A stretch of DNA of 64,000 nt from the human T2T-CHM13v2.0 reference genome, Homo sapiens. The number at the start of each line of letters is the position of its first letter. The stretch's first letter is position 1. This document shows, piece by piece, positions 44,705 to 61,265 of this stretch. The stretch lies in NCBI RefSeq assembly GCF_009914755.1, contig NC_060926.1, one strand, 5' to 3'. Made by a program: the position numbers and the translations under genes. Under the pieces are notes generated by a model that was given only the letters and a program-made list of their open reading frames with translations, ran no database searches and had not been told where the DNA came from.

Positions 44705-45345
44705 ATAAGTATAGCATGATGGTTAAGAATGGAGACCCTGGTGCTAGAGTGCCTGGGTTCAAGCCCCAGCGTGGCCATTTATTGGCAAGGTGATTCTGGG
44801 CCTATCATTTAATCTGTTTCCTCACATGTAAAATCGGGGTACTCACAGCATTGATCTTCAAAGGTTGGTATAAAAATTATGAACGATTAATATTACTACG
44901 AAGAGTGGGAACCTGCCAGCCCTCATCTTAATTTTATTTAAGCTTTATTTAGTTTAGAGCTAGAGTTTACCTTAATTTTCCTTAAAATATTTTTAAAAAA
45001 TACAAAAACACCACAAGATGGGGATGCTATTACATACATCTCTTTGCCTTTTTCTCTCCTGCCCATGTAGTTAGTTCTGTATCTAGGTCCGGCTCTGAGA
45101 GCACTGGCCAGTCTACTTGTCTTGATTTTCCTTCAGTTCTGTGATGAAGTAGCATGATATGGTGGTATGAGCTCTACAACCAGTATGTTTGGGTTCAAAC
45201 CCTTGGGCAAGTTATTTAGTCACTCTCTACCTCCGTTCCTTCCATTGTAAAAGAGGGATAACCATGCCCTCCACAAGGTGTTGGGCTCTGCACAATGTGT
45301 GTTAAGACATAAAGCACAATGGCTAACAGAACAAGCACTCAATTT
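44705..45345 (+). mobile_element. Two MIR fragments (~44705-44890 and ~45148-45345)
   Basis: tagcatgatggttaaga...ctgggttcaa...ggcaagttattta MIR cores. Confidence 0.65.
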
Positions 45346-45470
45346 TTCTATTTTGCCCCCTTTTCTCTTTATTCTACTCTCCTTCTACTGGATATTATAT
45401 AGCCGGTAAATCTGTAAATGTTTTTAAAACTATTTCTTTTTGTTTTATAGCCCCTATTCATTTTAAATAG

Positions 45471-45828
<358 letters not shown>

Positions 45829-46047
45829 TAAAAAAAAGGTCCTTCACCAGCCCTCCACAAACCCAAAACAAAAACAGACCTAAACCTAAAGATGCTTTTT
45901 ACTTCTGCAGAAAAAAAAAACACACACACACACAGATTTCCAAGAAACACCAACAATAAGAGTCAAGGCATATGTGCCAGTGATTATTGGGGGGGTTTAT
46001 TTGAAATATGTTTGTGTGAATTAGGCTTTTCCCCTGGATTTCACTAA

Positions 46048-46421
<374 letters not shown>

Positions 46422-46559
46422 TGAATCTTAAGAAAACTTGATGATTGTGTATATTATGATGAAAAAAATCCTTTGAATTTGCTATAAACTAATAGCTTTA
46501 CAAAGTATTTTCATTTTAAAAATACACTGTCATGTATAAAATTCCAAATTCCAAATTAA

Positions 46560-46706
46560 ATGGGCATGATATTGTATGCCTGAGGACCCAGCTACTCAGG
46601 AAACTGAGGCAGGAGGATCCACTGAACCCAGGGAGCAGAGGTTACAGTGAGCCAAGATGGCACCACTGCACTCCAGCCTGGGTGACAGAACGAGAATCTG
46701 TCTCAA

Positions 46707-46738
<32 letters not shown>

Positions 46739-46741
46739 AAA
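46560..46741 (+). mobile_element. Alu right monomer
   Basis: Single arm, (CAAAA)n tail. Confidence 0.85.
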
Positions 46742-46769
46742 GGTAATAATATGGCAGAGTAAGGGGAGC

Positions 46770-48090
46770 TCCATTTTTAAATAGCATAATCAAAGAACGC
46801 CTCAATAAGAAAGTGACATTTGAGCAAATTCCAGAAGGTAGCTAGGAGAATGTTACACAGAAGACTGGGGAAAGGCGTCTGGGCAGGGTTGAATAAGTGC
46901 AAAGGCTAAGAGGCAGGCTCTGGCTACTGGCTGAGAACAAGTATGGGACAGTATGGCTAGTGGGGTAAGGGACAGAAGGAAGAAAAATAGGTGGTAATGG
47001 GAAAGCAGATCAGGCAAGGCTTTATAGGCATTATAGGGGTTTGGGCTATACCATGAGATGCAAAGCCTTTAGGTTTGAAAAGAGATGATCTGACTTATCT
47101 TTCAAAAGGATCACTCTGGCTGCAGTGTGGATGATAGACTGTTAAGGGAGAAAGGTGAATGCAGAAAGACCAGAAGGAAGCCTATTCAAAAATCTAAATC
47201 AAGATGATATTGGCTTGGTGGCAGTGAAGGCGGTGAGAAGTGATCACATTCTAGACATATTCTGAAGATAAGGCCAACAGAATTTGCTGCTGGATTGAAA
47301 GGGAGGTAGAAAGAAAATAAGTAGATAAAGACTCCAAGGAGTTTGCTTGATGAACTAGACGGATGGAATATCCATTATTTGAGATAGAGAAGACAGTGGG
47401 AGAAATAAGTTTGAAGAGAAAGAGCAGGACTTTAGGTTTAGACCAGTTAAATTTGAGCAATCTATTTATGATGGTTAATTTTAGGTATCAACTTCATTGG
47501 ATTAAGGAATACCTAGAGAACTGGTAAAGCATCTGGGTATGTCTGTGAGAGTGTTTCCAGAGGAGATGGTGTGTGAACCAGGACTGAGTGGGGAAGATCC
47601 ATCCTCATTGTGGGTAGGCACTATCCAATTGACTGAGGGCCCCAGATAGAACAAAAAAGGCAGAGAAAAGGTGATTTCCTCCCTATCCTTCCTAGAGGTG
47701 GGACACTCTGCTCCTACTCTTGGATATCAGAACTCCAGGCTCTCCAGTCTTTGTACTGCAGGCCTTATACCAGCAGCCTCCCTTGGGTACCCAGGCCTTC
47801 AGCCTAGGACTGATAATTATACCATGGGCTTTCCTGGTTCCGAGGCTTTTTGACTTGGACTAAGTCACACTACCACCATCCTAGGGTCTCCAGCTTGCAG
47901 ACAGCCTGTCACATGACTTCTCAGCCTTCATAATGGTGTGGGCTAATTTCCATAATAAATCCCCACTCATATCCTATTGGTTCTATCTCTCTGGAGAAAT
48001 ATAATACACAATTAGACATCCAAATAGAGATATTGATTAGAGATGGAATATATGCACCTGGAGTTCAGGAGAGAGGGACTGGCCAAAGAT
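46770..48090 (-). mobile_element. L2 fragment interrupted by an MLT2 LTR
   Basis: aaaaggatcactctggctgcagtgtgg and related L2 motifs; resumes after the LTR with attagacatccaaatagaga. Confidence 0.75.
47467..48008 (+). mobile_element. MLT2 (ERV-L) solo LTR
   Basis: tatgatggttaatttt...ctattggttctatctctctggagaa...aataca; 5-bp TSD ctatt/caatt. Confidence 0.85.
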
Positions 48091-48232
48091 ACCTATATTT
48101 CCTTAAATCTAAGAAGATTTGATGCTGGTACTTTCTTGATCTTTATTAGAAACTTTCAACAGAAGGACTTCATACAACGTACTATAACTGCCACCTTGCT
48201 GATCGTGACTAACAGGTGCCACACGATTTAAA

Positions 48233-48430
48233 ATGTGGTTTCTCAACCTTGGCTCTATTTTGGGCCAGATAATTATCCTTCATGTGGGCTGTCCTGTGCA
48301 CTGTAGGATGTTTAGCAGCACCTCTGGCCTCTACCCACTAGATGCCAGTAGTAGCACACGCCCTTGATGGACAACCAAAAATGTTGCATATACCCAGCAG
48401 GACAAAGTAGCCCAAGTTGTGAAGCATTGT
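48233..48430 (+). mobile_element. MER20 (hAT-Charlie MITE)
   Basis: ggtttctcaacctt...gtcctgtgcactgtaggatgtttagcagca...ctacccactagatgccagtag. Confidence 0.85.
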
Positions 48431-49022
48431 TTTACAGGGATTAAAATGGGGGTGGGAAGATGTGGAAAAAAAGCATATGGCTGAGTGGTAACCAATTTAG
48501 CAAATCCAAGAGAAGCTGAATGCTGGGCCAGCACTGGAGAAAAGCAGAGGAGCACTCAATTTATATCGTGTAACCTCAGAAGTCCTCAGAAGCAAGAGTA
48601 GACAGGTGATGGTGCGACTAAAAGCAGGAAGAATGGTTGAAAACACATTTAAGAAAGCAGCTAATTCTCAGATTCCCTCTTTTACTCACTCACCCACCAG
48701 CAGTGGTCTCAGGTACAGATTAACATTCGCTGACAAGACCCAACAGACCATAGCTTGAAGCCAGATTCACTCAGTTCTGAATAAATAAAAAGAGACATGC
48801 CATCTTCTGAGGGAGTCCATACAGCTCACCACAGGCCCTTTTTGGGCCCATAAATAGCTCATTGTAAGGGAAAGAGACCACATGGTAAGTGCAGAAAACA
48901 CCCTGGCTTAGGGAAACTTCATGCTCCATGGGAACCAGCAGTACCTTTTAACAGCCAATGAGGTTAAGTTCCAGGGCCCCTTAAAGAACACGTTCATGCT
49001 CATTTATAAGAGTTACACTGCT

Positions 49023-49331
49023 GGCCAGGTGCAGTGGCTCCCACAGTGTAATCCCAGCACTTTGGGAGGCCGAGGCAGGTGGATCACTTGAGGTCAGGAG
49101 TTCGAGACCAGCCTGGCCAACATGGCGAAACCCTGTCTCCACTAAAAAAAAGAAATACAAAAATTAGCCAGGCGTGGTGGCATGTGCTTGTAATCCCTGC
49201 TACTCGGGAGGCTGAGGCATGAGAACCATGTGAACCTGGGAGGCGGAGGTTGCAGTGAGCTGAGATTGCGCCACTGCATTACAGCCTGGACAACAGAGTG
49301 AGACTCTGTCTCAAAAAAAAAAAAAAAAAAA
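49023..49331 (+). mobile_element. Alu (S-like)
   Basis: Dimer, TSD aagagttacactgc. Confidence 0.93.
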
Positions 49332-49590
49332 GAGTTACACTGCACACCACGAAGTCAAGGTCTATGTCTTTTCATAGGCTAATTTATTCATTCATGGACA
49401 GTCTTCCTGGTCCATATACACTCACCAACAGGGGTCAGTTTCACAATAAACAATATTACCTGGAGATATTCTATATTTAATTCTTAATCCAGTATGTGTC
49501 CAGGAAAAGAATGCCAGGAGAAGGAAAACCCAAGGTCATTTTCCACGAAGAAAAGGACTCAGGCCTACTGTTAACCCTCTCTACCTAGAG

Positions 49591-49812
49591 CAGTGGTGAT
49601 TCTCAATTGGGGGTGGATTTTGTCCTACAAGCAACATGTAACAATGTCTACGGACGTTTTTAGTTGTCACAACTGAAGAAGGTAAATGTGTACTACTGAC
49701 ATCTAGTGTGTACAGGCCAGGGATGCTGCTAAACATCCTACAGTGCATGGGACAGCCACTCACAAAACTATCTAGCCCAAATGTCAATAGTGCTGATAGC
49801 TGAGAAACCCTG
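49591..49812 (-). mobile_element. MER20, opposite orientation
   Basis: gggatgctgctaaacatcctacagtgca...tgagaaaccctg. Confidence 0.85.
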
Positions 49813-51235
49813 ACCTAGAAGGATTTGATGAAAGTTCATAGACTGGAACAATGGGGACCATCCTCATGTTCCAACCCTTCTTTCCCAAATGGGCTACTAA
49901 AACACTGGCAGCCAGCATAGAAGACTGGAAGAATCTTCTCCAGAGAAGCTCACCAGCCTAGGAAAAAAAACCTAAGGATAATCCTGAAGACTACAAAAAA
50001 AAAAAAAAAGAAAGAAAAGAAATAAATAGAATTTTAAGAAGATGCAATTAATGGAACGCTAATTTGGCTTGAACCAGAGAGATTTAATCAACTGGGAGAA
50101 AGTCTGAAGTTGAAACAGTGATCACCATATAGAAAATTAAATATTTTTAAACATATATTCATTCCAGTAAAAGTAAAATGATATTCCAGAAAGGGGATGT
50201 AGTCACAAGAGTATATGGAGGTTAGCAGTAAATTTCAAGTATATAGTCATTTTAATATAAACACTGAATATGAGCTCAATCAAAATATATTTGGAGAATG
50301 GAAAAACAGGAAGGGAGAAGTGAGAAGAAGCTGTATATAGACAGCTATACCCTCCATCTTCTGGAGTAGAGTGAGAAGTCAATAGGTAATACATACCACT
50401 AAAAAGAAAATCAAGAAATGGCAATGTGTATGTAGACTTAATGATAAAGAGGTAAAGTCCCTAAGAATCAGCTAAATGAGCAAAAATTGCTTACCTCTGG
50501 AAGCAGAATATGATGTGTATGTGAGTAGAGGATAGTTTTCCGTAACATATCTCATAGAACTATTTAACGCCATGCATGAAAAACTAAAATATTTTTAAAA
50601 CTGTATTTGCACTTAAAGACAATTTGATACATGAGTTCAGGATATATTAAGCTTGCCTCAGTTTACTTTATTTGAATCAGAACAGACTAGACCTAGGAAA
50701 AAAGCAAATGGAAGCAAGTTCCGGGTTTGTTAAACCACCTTTCTATACTCCTAGGTGAGGCAAAAGAACAGGCTAGCTAGATAAGGCTTTTTAACTCCTT
50801 TCCCTGCTATAGTCCTGGTTTACTCACCAAACCTTACATTAAACTCTTATATTAAACATTATACCATTGAGCACTGGTATCTTTGCAGTATTCACAGTGA
50901 TACCCATGGATACCACTAGATACCATTTGAAGTGCGCTTGCTGGGAGAGAGGAACTTTTCACGTTTTACTTCAATTTGCCCCTATACTGTATGAACTTTT
51001 ATAATGAGCACATTTTACAGACAGAAAGACATGCATACGGTATTAGAAGATCCTTAATGATTAGTTTATAACTTGTCCCTCACGCATCTTAATCCAACTC
51101 AAAATACTGTAAACTGATTGGAAGGAATATCAACATACAAAACAAAGAATGGCCAAGAAAGCACATCCCTAATAAAATATTGCTCATATCCTAGCAGGTA
51201 AATCTAAAGGACATGAAATGATACATATTAAGTAG

Positions 51236-51586
<351 letters not shown>

Positions 51587-52216
51587 TAGAAATCAGTTTT
51601 CAAGTTCTCTATAGAATATATACCACTTAGATAAGTTTCATTTTAAATAAATGAAAGTTTATTCTTCAGATTGATAAGATTCGCTTTCTTTGAAATAACT
51701 CAAGTTTATCTCCAAACCACCATGATTCATACTCCTTTTGTGCTCCACAGTACCAAAAACAAAGCTACGCACATGGGTGGGTACCAAGAGTTACCTACTG
51801 ATGGAAATTAATCCAAAGAATTAAATAAGTTACGAAAAAAAAATCAATGATGTCAAGTAATAGTTAAAATTCAAGATTTTACTTTAGTACTGATTATTCA
51901 TAAATAGATTCTTTTATCCCATATTAGAATATTGTCAACACAAGCTTATTGGAAAGGTTGACTTAACTTTGCCCCATTTTTCTTCTTTCTTGCTGCTACC
52001 CTATGACAGAATTACCATCTCTTTGATGAAAACAACTCAATAAAGAATTCTCTTTCACCAAACTCAGCTTTTGTTGAACTTGTTACCGCAAATCTATTCC
52101 CTATCTTATCCAGTCACATGCTGAAAAAAATTCCATCTTTTAAAAATCTGTTCATGAATAACTTACGGTTCTCTGAACCACCCTATCAGGAAGGCAGATA
52201 TAGTATTACGAACTCT

Positions 52217-52486
52217 GGCTGGGCGCAGTGGCTCACACCTGTAACCCCAGCACTTTGGGAAGTGGGCGGATCACAAGGTCAGGAGTTTGAGACCAGCCTG
52301 GCCAACATGGTGAAACCCCGTCTCTACCAAAAATACAAAAATTAGCCAGGCATGGTGGCACACGCCTGTAATCCCAGCTACTCAGGAGGCTGAGGTAGGA
52401 GAATCACTTAACCCGGGAGGCAAGGTTGCAGTGAGCCAAGATCATGCCACTGCACTCCAGCCTGGGCGACAGAATGAGACTCCGTC

Positions 52487-52520
<34 letters not shown>
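52217..52520 (+). mobile_element. Alu with a ~74-bp flanking direct repeat
   Basis: Dimer, long A tail; see finding. Confidence 0.93.
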
Positions 52521-52525
<5 letters not shown>

Positions 52526-52744
52526 TTTATGAACAACTTTTGTTCTCTGAACCACCCTATCAGGAAGGCAGATATAGTACTATGAACTCCATTTTACTTG
52601 TGAGAAATTGATGTTTAAGAGAATAACTCACTTAAGGTCCCATGGGTAGTGAGTGGCAAGGAAAACTCAGAATCAAGTTTCCTGATTCCATACCTGGTGG
52701 CCCTTTCCAATATACCATACTGACTCTTCAATAATGAAATGGAG

Positions 52745-53065
<321 letters not shown>

Positions 53066-53485
53066 GATAATGAAATGGAGTTAACCCTGTAAACTAGAAT
53101 CTTGGAGGACCACAATGGTGATATGAGTGTTTTTCTTAAGTTTTACTTTAAATCAACATACATTAAATAACTAAATGGTTTTGTGAATCATTTTAATTTT
53201 TCAAATCACGTGAAATGACTCATATTACAATAAAAAATGCCATTCAAGAACTTCCAAATACTATAGTCACGAGAATAAAAAAGAAACTAAATTTCTTCTA
53301 AATCATCTTTGTGCCACTACCATATCTGATAATATATTCCTTCTGTACTCTTGAAACCTATCTCAGAAGTATCTTTGACAAATTATAAATGTAGAAGAAT
53401 TTAAGAAGTTAATTAAAATTATTTTAATATAATTTCTCCTTTATTTTAATAACAAAATACCAGGGAAAAAGTTCCATTTATTTAC

Positions 53486-53991
53486 CTCAGTAATTGGCTG
53501 CCCTTGATGTGTCAAATCCAGCTCTTGAGGGCGTGTTACTTTATCAATATCCAAAGAGTCCATGCTGGAGGCTGCGGAAGTGATGCTGGAATGGGAGGAA
53601 TTACTAATAGAGTGTACTTCAGCATCACTCACTGTGCCTGCTGACGCGGTTCTTCTGTGCTGATTAGTTACTAAGGGTTTAGTATCTTCTAGTACAGATT
53701 GCTGAGCAGCCTCATCCATACTCAAAGAGGCCTGTTCTAACTGTGCAGTGACGTCGTCCAAGGAGTAGCTGGCATGGGAAGGTTTAGCTATCCTATTAGA
53801 TGAAGAAGATAATCCTTTCAAGGTGCCATGTTTCAATGTATGTCGGCTAACAGGCAATTTCTGAGTAGCTTTCGTTTCTGTGATTTGACGCTTACTGTTT
53901 CCTGAACCAATGCTGCTGAGCTCCTGCTCTATAGAGCAAAGATCAGCCATCAAGGCATCCAGATCCACAGTCTCTCCCTGATTCAGAGCTT
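53486..53991 (-). CDS. RAPH1: RAPH1 exon 4 (EALNQGETVDLDALMADL...QPITE)
   Basis: Lies within ORF 53441..54031; ttgcag| acceptor and GAG|gtaaat donor; 506 nt. Confidence 0.96.
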
Positions 53992-54634
53992 CTGCAATGA
54001 ACAACACATAATGTTTCCAGAATTTATACATTCTATTATAAATCAGTTAATAAATGCAGGTGATGAAGCAAAAGAATATATTTTGTTGGGCCTAAAGCAA
54101 ATAAAATTAAGTATTTCTGGTTTTTGTTTTAAATTCCAAGATAAATTTTTAGAAGTACACAGTCCTCCTCTTTTAAGGCTTGTAATAATCAGAGGAGAAT
54201 AAATTATGAGTTCAAAGACAAAAACACTACAAAAATCTTATACTGTTCCATGGTTTTAACCACATTCCTCTGTGCAACTTTTTACCACAGGCTTCAATAT
54301 ATTGTTAATATGATCAATGCTTTGGTAGAGATGTCAATACTGAAAGAGCTGAGGGCATAAAAAGAGAAGTCAAAAGTCTAAAAAATTACAGACTGACAGG
54401 TCAATATTATAAACTTGACTAGGTGGAATACAACAGATAAAGGCCACAGTGGCTGCTTTAAAAATTACTAAGAAGTAACTTCACTGGACTTTAATCCGGT
54501 GAGAAAACAATGCAATTAAGTTTGCTGTGGGGTTCCACCTGGGTATGTACTTTGTCAATTATTAATAAAACCAACTATCTTTTAGTTATGTTCTAGTTTG
54601 CTTTTCTCTGTGATATTTTCAATTAGTAATATTA

Positions 54635-55074
<440 letters not shown>

Positions 55075-55115
55075 TTAGCATACTATTTTACATTTTATTT
55101 CCAATTACATCTTAC

Positions 55116-55221
55116 CATTCAAGTTGTATATGGAGAAGCGGTAAGAAAAGTTGGCCATGTTTGTTTCCTGGCGAAGAGGAGATCTTTTTACTGGTTCCAT
55201 GGGCTTGTCAGAATCCAAACT
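55116..55221 (-). CDS. RAPH1: RAPH1 exon 3 (SLDSDKPMEP...FSIYNLN)
   Basis: aaag| acceptor and G|gtaaga donor; 106 nt; frame continues from exon 2. Confidence 0.95.
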
Positions 55222-55429
55222 CTTTATAAAAAGAAAGTTTAATAGTCATATTAAATTCAGGTTTCAATAATATAAAAAAAGATGAAGTTTGTTTTATGAT
55301 TAAGTGAACTGCCACACTATAATTAATTAAACCAAAGTTCTCCTAAGTAATAGACTTAAGGAAAAGTATAATTGTATTTGACATTATTATTTTGGTTATA
55401 CTTATTTCAATCTTTAGATATATGCTTAC

Positions 55430-55709
55430 TTTTTTTTTTGGAGATGAAGTCTCGTCCTGTCACCCAGGCTTAAGTGCCGTGCCACAAGCTTGGCTCACTG
55501 CAACCTCCGCCTCCCGGGTTCAAGGGATCCTCCCGAGTAGTTGGGACCATAGGCATGTGCCACCATGCCCGGCTAATTTTTGTATTTTTAGTAGAGACAG
55601 GGTGTCACCATGTTGGCCAGGCTGGTTGCAAACTTCTGGCCTCAAGTGATCTGCCCACCTCCATCTCCCTAAGTGTTGAGATTACAGGCGTGAGCCACCA
55701 TATCTGGCC
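55430..55709 (-). mobile_element. Alu
   Basis: Reverse dimer, TSD tatgcttactttt. Confidence 0.92.
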
Positions 55710-55859
55710 TATGCTTACTTTTAAAGGCACTTGAGATTGTCATAGTTCAGAGTAAATATCTTTTCAAATATATTAAGTATAGTGACTGACTTCATTTTAT
55801 ATACATGCACTATAAAATAAGTGAGGTAAGTGAATATGGACATGGTAAGCTAAGAAATA

Positions 55860-56312
<453 letters not shown>

Positions 56313-57592
56313 TTACAAGTTCAAACAATGATGAAATATTCTTGTCCTTCTCCAGTTCTATCAAAAGGAGGGCAAATTGCAACCCAGCTACACTGCCTGT
56401 GACAAATCTTGAATCATACTGTATACTTTGGGTAGGGTGACTTGTAAGTTACACTTGTAAGTTTAAATGATACTCTTCCTCTCTAACCTTTCTAGAGCAA
56501 GGAAAAAAGATATTTACAACAGAGAAATTCAGAGAAAGGGTCAGTAGTTATTGTTTAATAGATTCACAAAATATAAGGATTAGTGTTTTAAAACTTTAAT
56601 TTATATCTACAGTAAGCACTGAACAAGCTTCAAATTTTAAAAGAATGCTGGATACTCTATGTGTTTATAATGCTATCTTTTTTTTTTTTTTGAGACAAGG
56701 TCATGCTCTGTTGCCCAGACACGAACTCTTAACCTTTTTAAAGGGGTTGCTGAGAATTTTATAAAAGCTATGAACCCTCTTCCAGAAAAATGCACATACA
56801 TAAAAAACTTTACAAACTATTTTAGAAGATTGACCAACTACCTAAAACTTAAACTTGTTTTAATTCTAAGTTGAAAATACCATACCACTGAGTACGTGAT
56901 ACAGGTGTACAGATAACACTGTAATGAACTAAAGTAATGAAATAAACAAGAAACTTGAGGTTTTAGCCACAAACTTTGTAAAGTCAAACATCTCTTGAAA
57001 ATGTCCCAAGTGTTACAAAGCAACATATTAGCAGTGAGTCACACTATGCCACAGTTTTAATCTTTTTTTCTCTCTAAAGACAGATTTATATAATGAAAAG
57101 AACAGTCACGTCATTAGTGGCTCTTCACACTTTTATGTCAGGCAACTTAAAATACAGGGGAAAGTACAAGGTATCAAACCAGTAGAAACACCATTTTCAG
57201 GGCAGCATCATGTAGTTCCTAGTTCACCCAGAGCAGCTGGACCAATATCTACCTGCCTTTTCTCTTTTGGGCCCCTCCTCCCAAGCATGGACAATAAAAC
57301 CACATGGTCAAGAACACCCCACATGTCAGCTGGCCCTTGCATACTTTTCTCCATGCATTATCATTTTCTATTTGCTCTTCTTTGCTTCCTCTCTCTCCCA
57401 GAGCAGGACTGCATAGCCTAGTGATAATCTCTATGCTTAAATCACCCTTTTTATAAATTAAGAATTAAAACAGAAAGAATTTGGCAGTTACAGACATAAG
57501 ACATCTCTGACAAAAAATGTCACTTCTTCTGATTAGAGATGAAGGGAATGATACCTATGAAATCCTAGTAGGAGTTGAAAACATTCTCCCCT

Positions 57593-57918
<326 letters not shown>

Positions 57919-58428
57919 TTCCCCCCAAAATACAGTATTAACAGATTATGGTCACAAAGATGTCTGCCTTTCAAAATGATCTAGCAAGAATTACACGAAG
58001 AGTTTATCACTTTGAATTCTAGATTGCTGCAGAAATAAGCTGCTAGTAATTTAAGCTTCCACCTTGCCCACTTTGCTTTTCCTTTAGTTAAGGAATCTCA
58101 TACCTACGCAATTTTACACAAATGTTCTTTCCAAAGACATTATTTATGAGTAAATAAGTTTTGTTCTAATGTTCTCATTGCCATGAAGTTAAATTTATTT
58201 AATAAACATAACCATCTTCACACAGTGAATATAATGTATTACTGGGGCAATAATAACAGTACCCTTTTATTCTAAAAAGTGTGCTGGTTTAGAGGACAAG
58301 GTCACCTTCTTTAAAAACCCAAGATCGAATAAAGCAAAATGAAAAGATTTTGCCACTGTTTTAAAATGCAGCCCAGAATTAGGTTTTGTCAGTATTCTAC
58401 AATCATGTCATAGAAAATATTTACATGG

Positions 58429-58743
<315 letters not shown>

Positions 58744-59135
58744 CAGAAAATATTTACGTGGAAGGAAATTATTTATGTTGAAAATGTATTCAAATTTACT
58801 AAGGTAACAGGGTTTTCTAAAATTTAGACTTTTGAATTTCAGGCTTTAAAAGTTTTTAGCTAATTATCTCATATTTATGAAACATATATTAAGTAACCCC
58901 TCTAGATGAACAGAGCCTCTCTCACAAGTATTTTTTTTAACATCCTTAAAATAACCATAGATTCTTAATATCTTCTGTTCTAGAATGACTTCATTTACTT
59001 GTCAATACTTCGAACATTTCTTCCTTTCTGGCAATACTTTAAAATTTAACTTATATCCATATCCTCTTCTGCACATTAAACTTTTAACACAATGGTGACT
59101 TCAAATCCTCAACCAGTTTTTCAAGCACTACTCAC

Positions 59136-59255
59136 CTGAGTGAGTTTGTCTAGTTCTCCAAGCCAGGCTCCAAACATTTTGTCCAGGTCCTGATCTTCCT
59201 TGTCACTGTCTTCTTCAGCACCATGATCAATTTCTTCATCTGATAGCTGCTCCAT
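59136..59255 (-). CDS. RAPH1: RAPH1 first coding exon (exon 2), MEQLSDEEIDHGAEEDSDKEDQDLDKMFGAWLGELDKLTQ
   Basis: ttcag|ATG acceptor and CAG|gtgagt donor; 120 nt; translation matches the lamellipodin N-terminus as I recall it. Confidence 0.96.
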
Positions 59256-59977
59256 CTGAAATACAGACATTTGTGTAGAATGAATAGTAAGTTACAGGTT
59301 TAACTTGAAAAATTATGCCATATATGCTCTGATATATATTATATGCCTCTGAAGTCAAATCTTCAAAACTAGAAATTACGTTCTAAAAGAAAATCTTAAG
59401 TCATTAATGGAGACAGTGTTCACAAGTGAGTAGAAACAAAGAATAAAGTTTCAAATTTTTTAGGAAACTGTAAAAGAAAAGCCAACAGTATCAAATTATG
59501 ACCAGAATCGCATTACTAAAAAAATTAACAGAGCACCCCTTTCAATCAGCAGAGGACATAACAGTAGTACAGTTCTCTCCACTACTAGATCCTAGGACAC
59601 CCAAACACCACAAAGAAGCCATTTCAGAAGACTTTAATGGAGCAAATTATTGTCCTGTTTATTCTGTAAAAATCTGTTTAGATACCAATAGGTACCCTGC
59701 AAAACCTTAGTCCAACAAGTATTTAAGAGAAAATTTGACAAAACAAAAATCTTAATCTAGTTTTGTTTCTTTCTATTCTACCCTCCTACCCTCACTTTCT
59801 ATCCCATTTGTCTTCTTTCTCTACCTTACTTCCTCATCAGTTCCAACAAAACCCAAAAAGGAAACAGAATTGAAAACTTCTAAATCCAGATCCAAATCCT
59901 GTTATGTGGTGACTTTTCAAATATAAGTCCCTTGAAAGAAGAAATTATCTTCCTTCTTCCCATTAATAAAATAGTGT

Positions 59978-60284
<307 letters not shown>

Positions 60285-60901
60285 TAGTGTGATATCTGAC
60301 ATGGAACTTGCACATTATTTTGAGAAGATGGGAAGAAAAATTACATAAAACAATGTAAGATCAATGACTGATTAATCTGATAAATATAAATATTTCAATA
60401 TTAAAGGCCCTGGAAAATCTTCAAATAAACACTAGCTTTGCTTAAACCAGCCAGCATATTCCAAAATTAAAATTAAAATCAGGCAGGCATGTTAGTATGA
60501 ACTTGAAACAAATTAAATGTTTTTTTTCTTCAAGTTAGCAGATTATAAACCCTGGTTTACAAAGTTATGGTAGGTATTTTATGTTTCTTAATATCATAGT
60601 TACTGACTAAAATCTGATAAAATTTTATTTGTTAGAAAAACCAGCATATTCCTAAGTTATTTGACCACAATCCCTTTTCCTTCAACTTCTGTCCCAGGGA
60701 CACAATGAACATCATCACCATATGTTACATTAAATACTCTTGACTCACATTTCTAAAACACGAATTTTGTTATGGTAGATCTAGGCAATATTTGGAATAT
60801 AGCCTGTCAGCTGGTTTAAGCAATTCCTCCAAGATTATATATGGTGTATGGGCATTCCATTAAAAAAGATATGCCTAATCTTTACTAACTTGATATACAT
60901 A

Positions 60902-61265
60902 TGCCATGGTGTTAATGTGTCCCTTCCAAAACTCAAGTGTTGCCAATGTGATAGTATTAAGGGGTGGGGCCTTAAAGAAGTGATTGGGCCATAAAGGCTC
61001 CTTCTTTATTAATGGTATTAAGGATTTTATAAAAGAGATTTCATGAAGCACTGGAGTACTTTGTTCTTCCACTCTTCTGCTATGCAAGAGCACATCTCGT
61101 GCCTCCCTGTGGAGGAAGCCAGCAACAAGCCCTCACCAGACACCAAATGCCAGTGTTTTAATAATGTACTTCCCAGCCTCCAGAATAGTAAGAAAATTAA
61201 TTTCTGTTCTTTATATATTACCCAGTCTCAGGAATTTTATTGCAGCAGCACACATGGACTGGTAT
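60902..61265 (+). mobile_element. MST-type MaLR solo LTR
   Basis: tgccatggtgttaatgtgtcc...ccctcaccagacaccaaa...cttcccagcctccagaa...ttacccagtctcagg. Confidence 0.8.
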
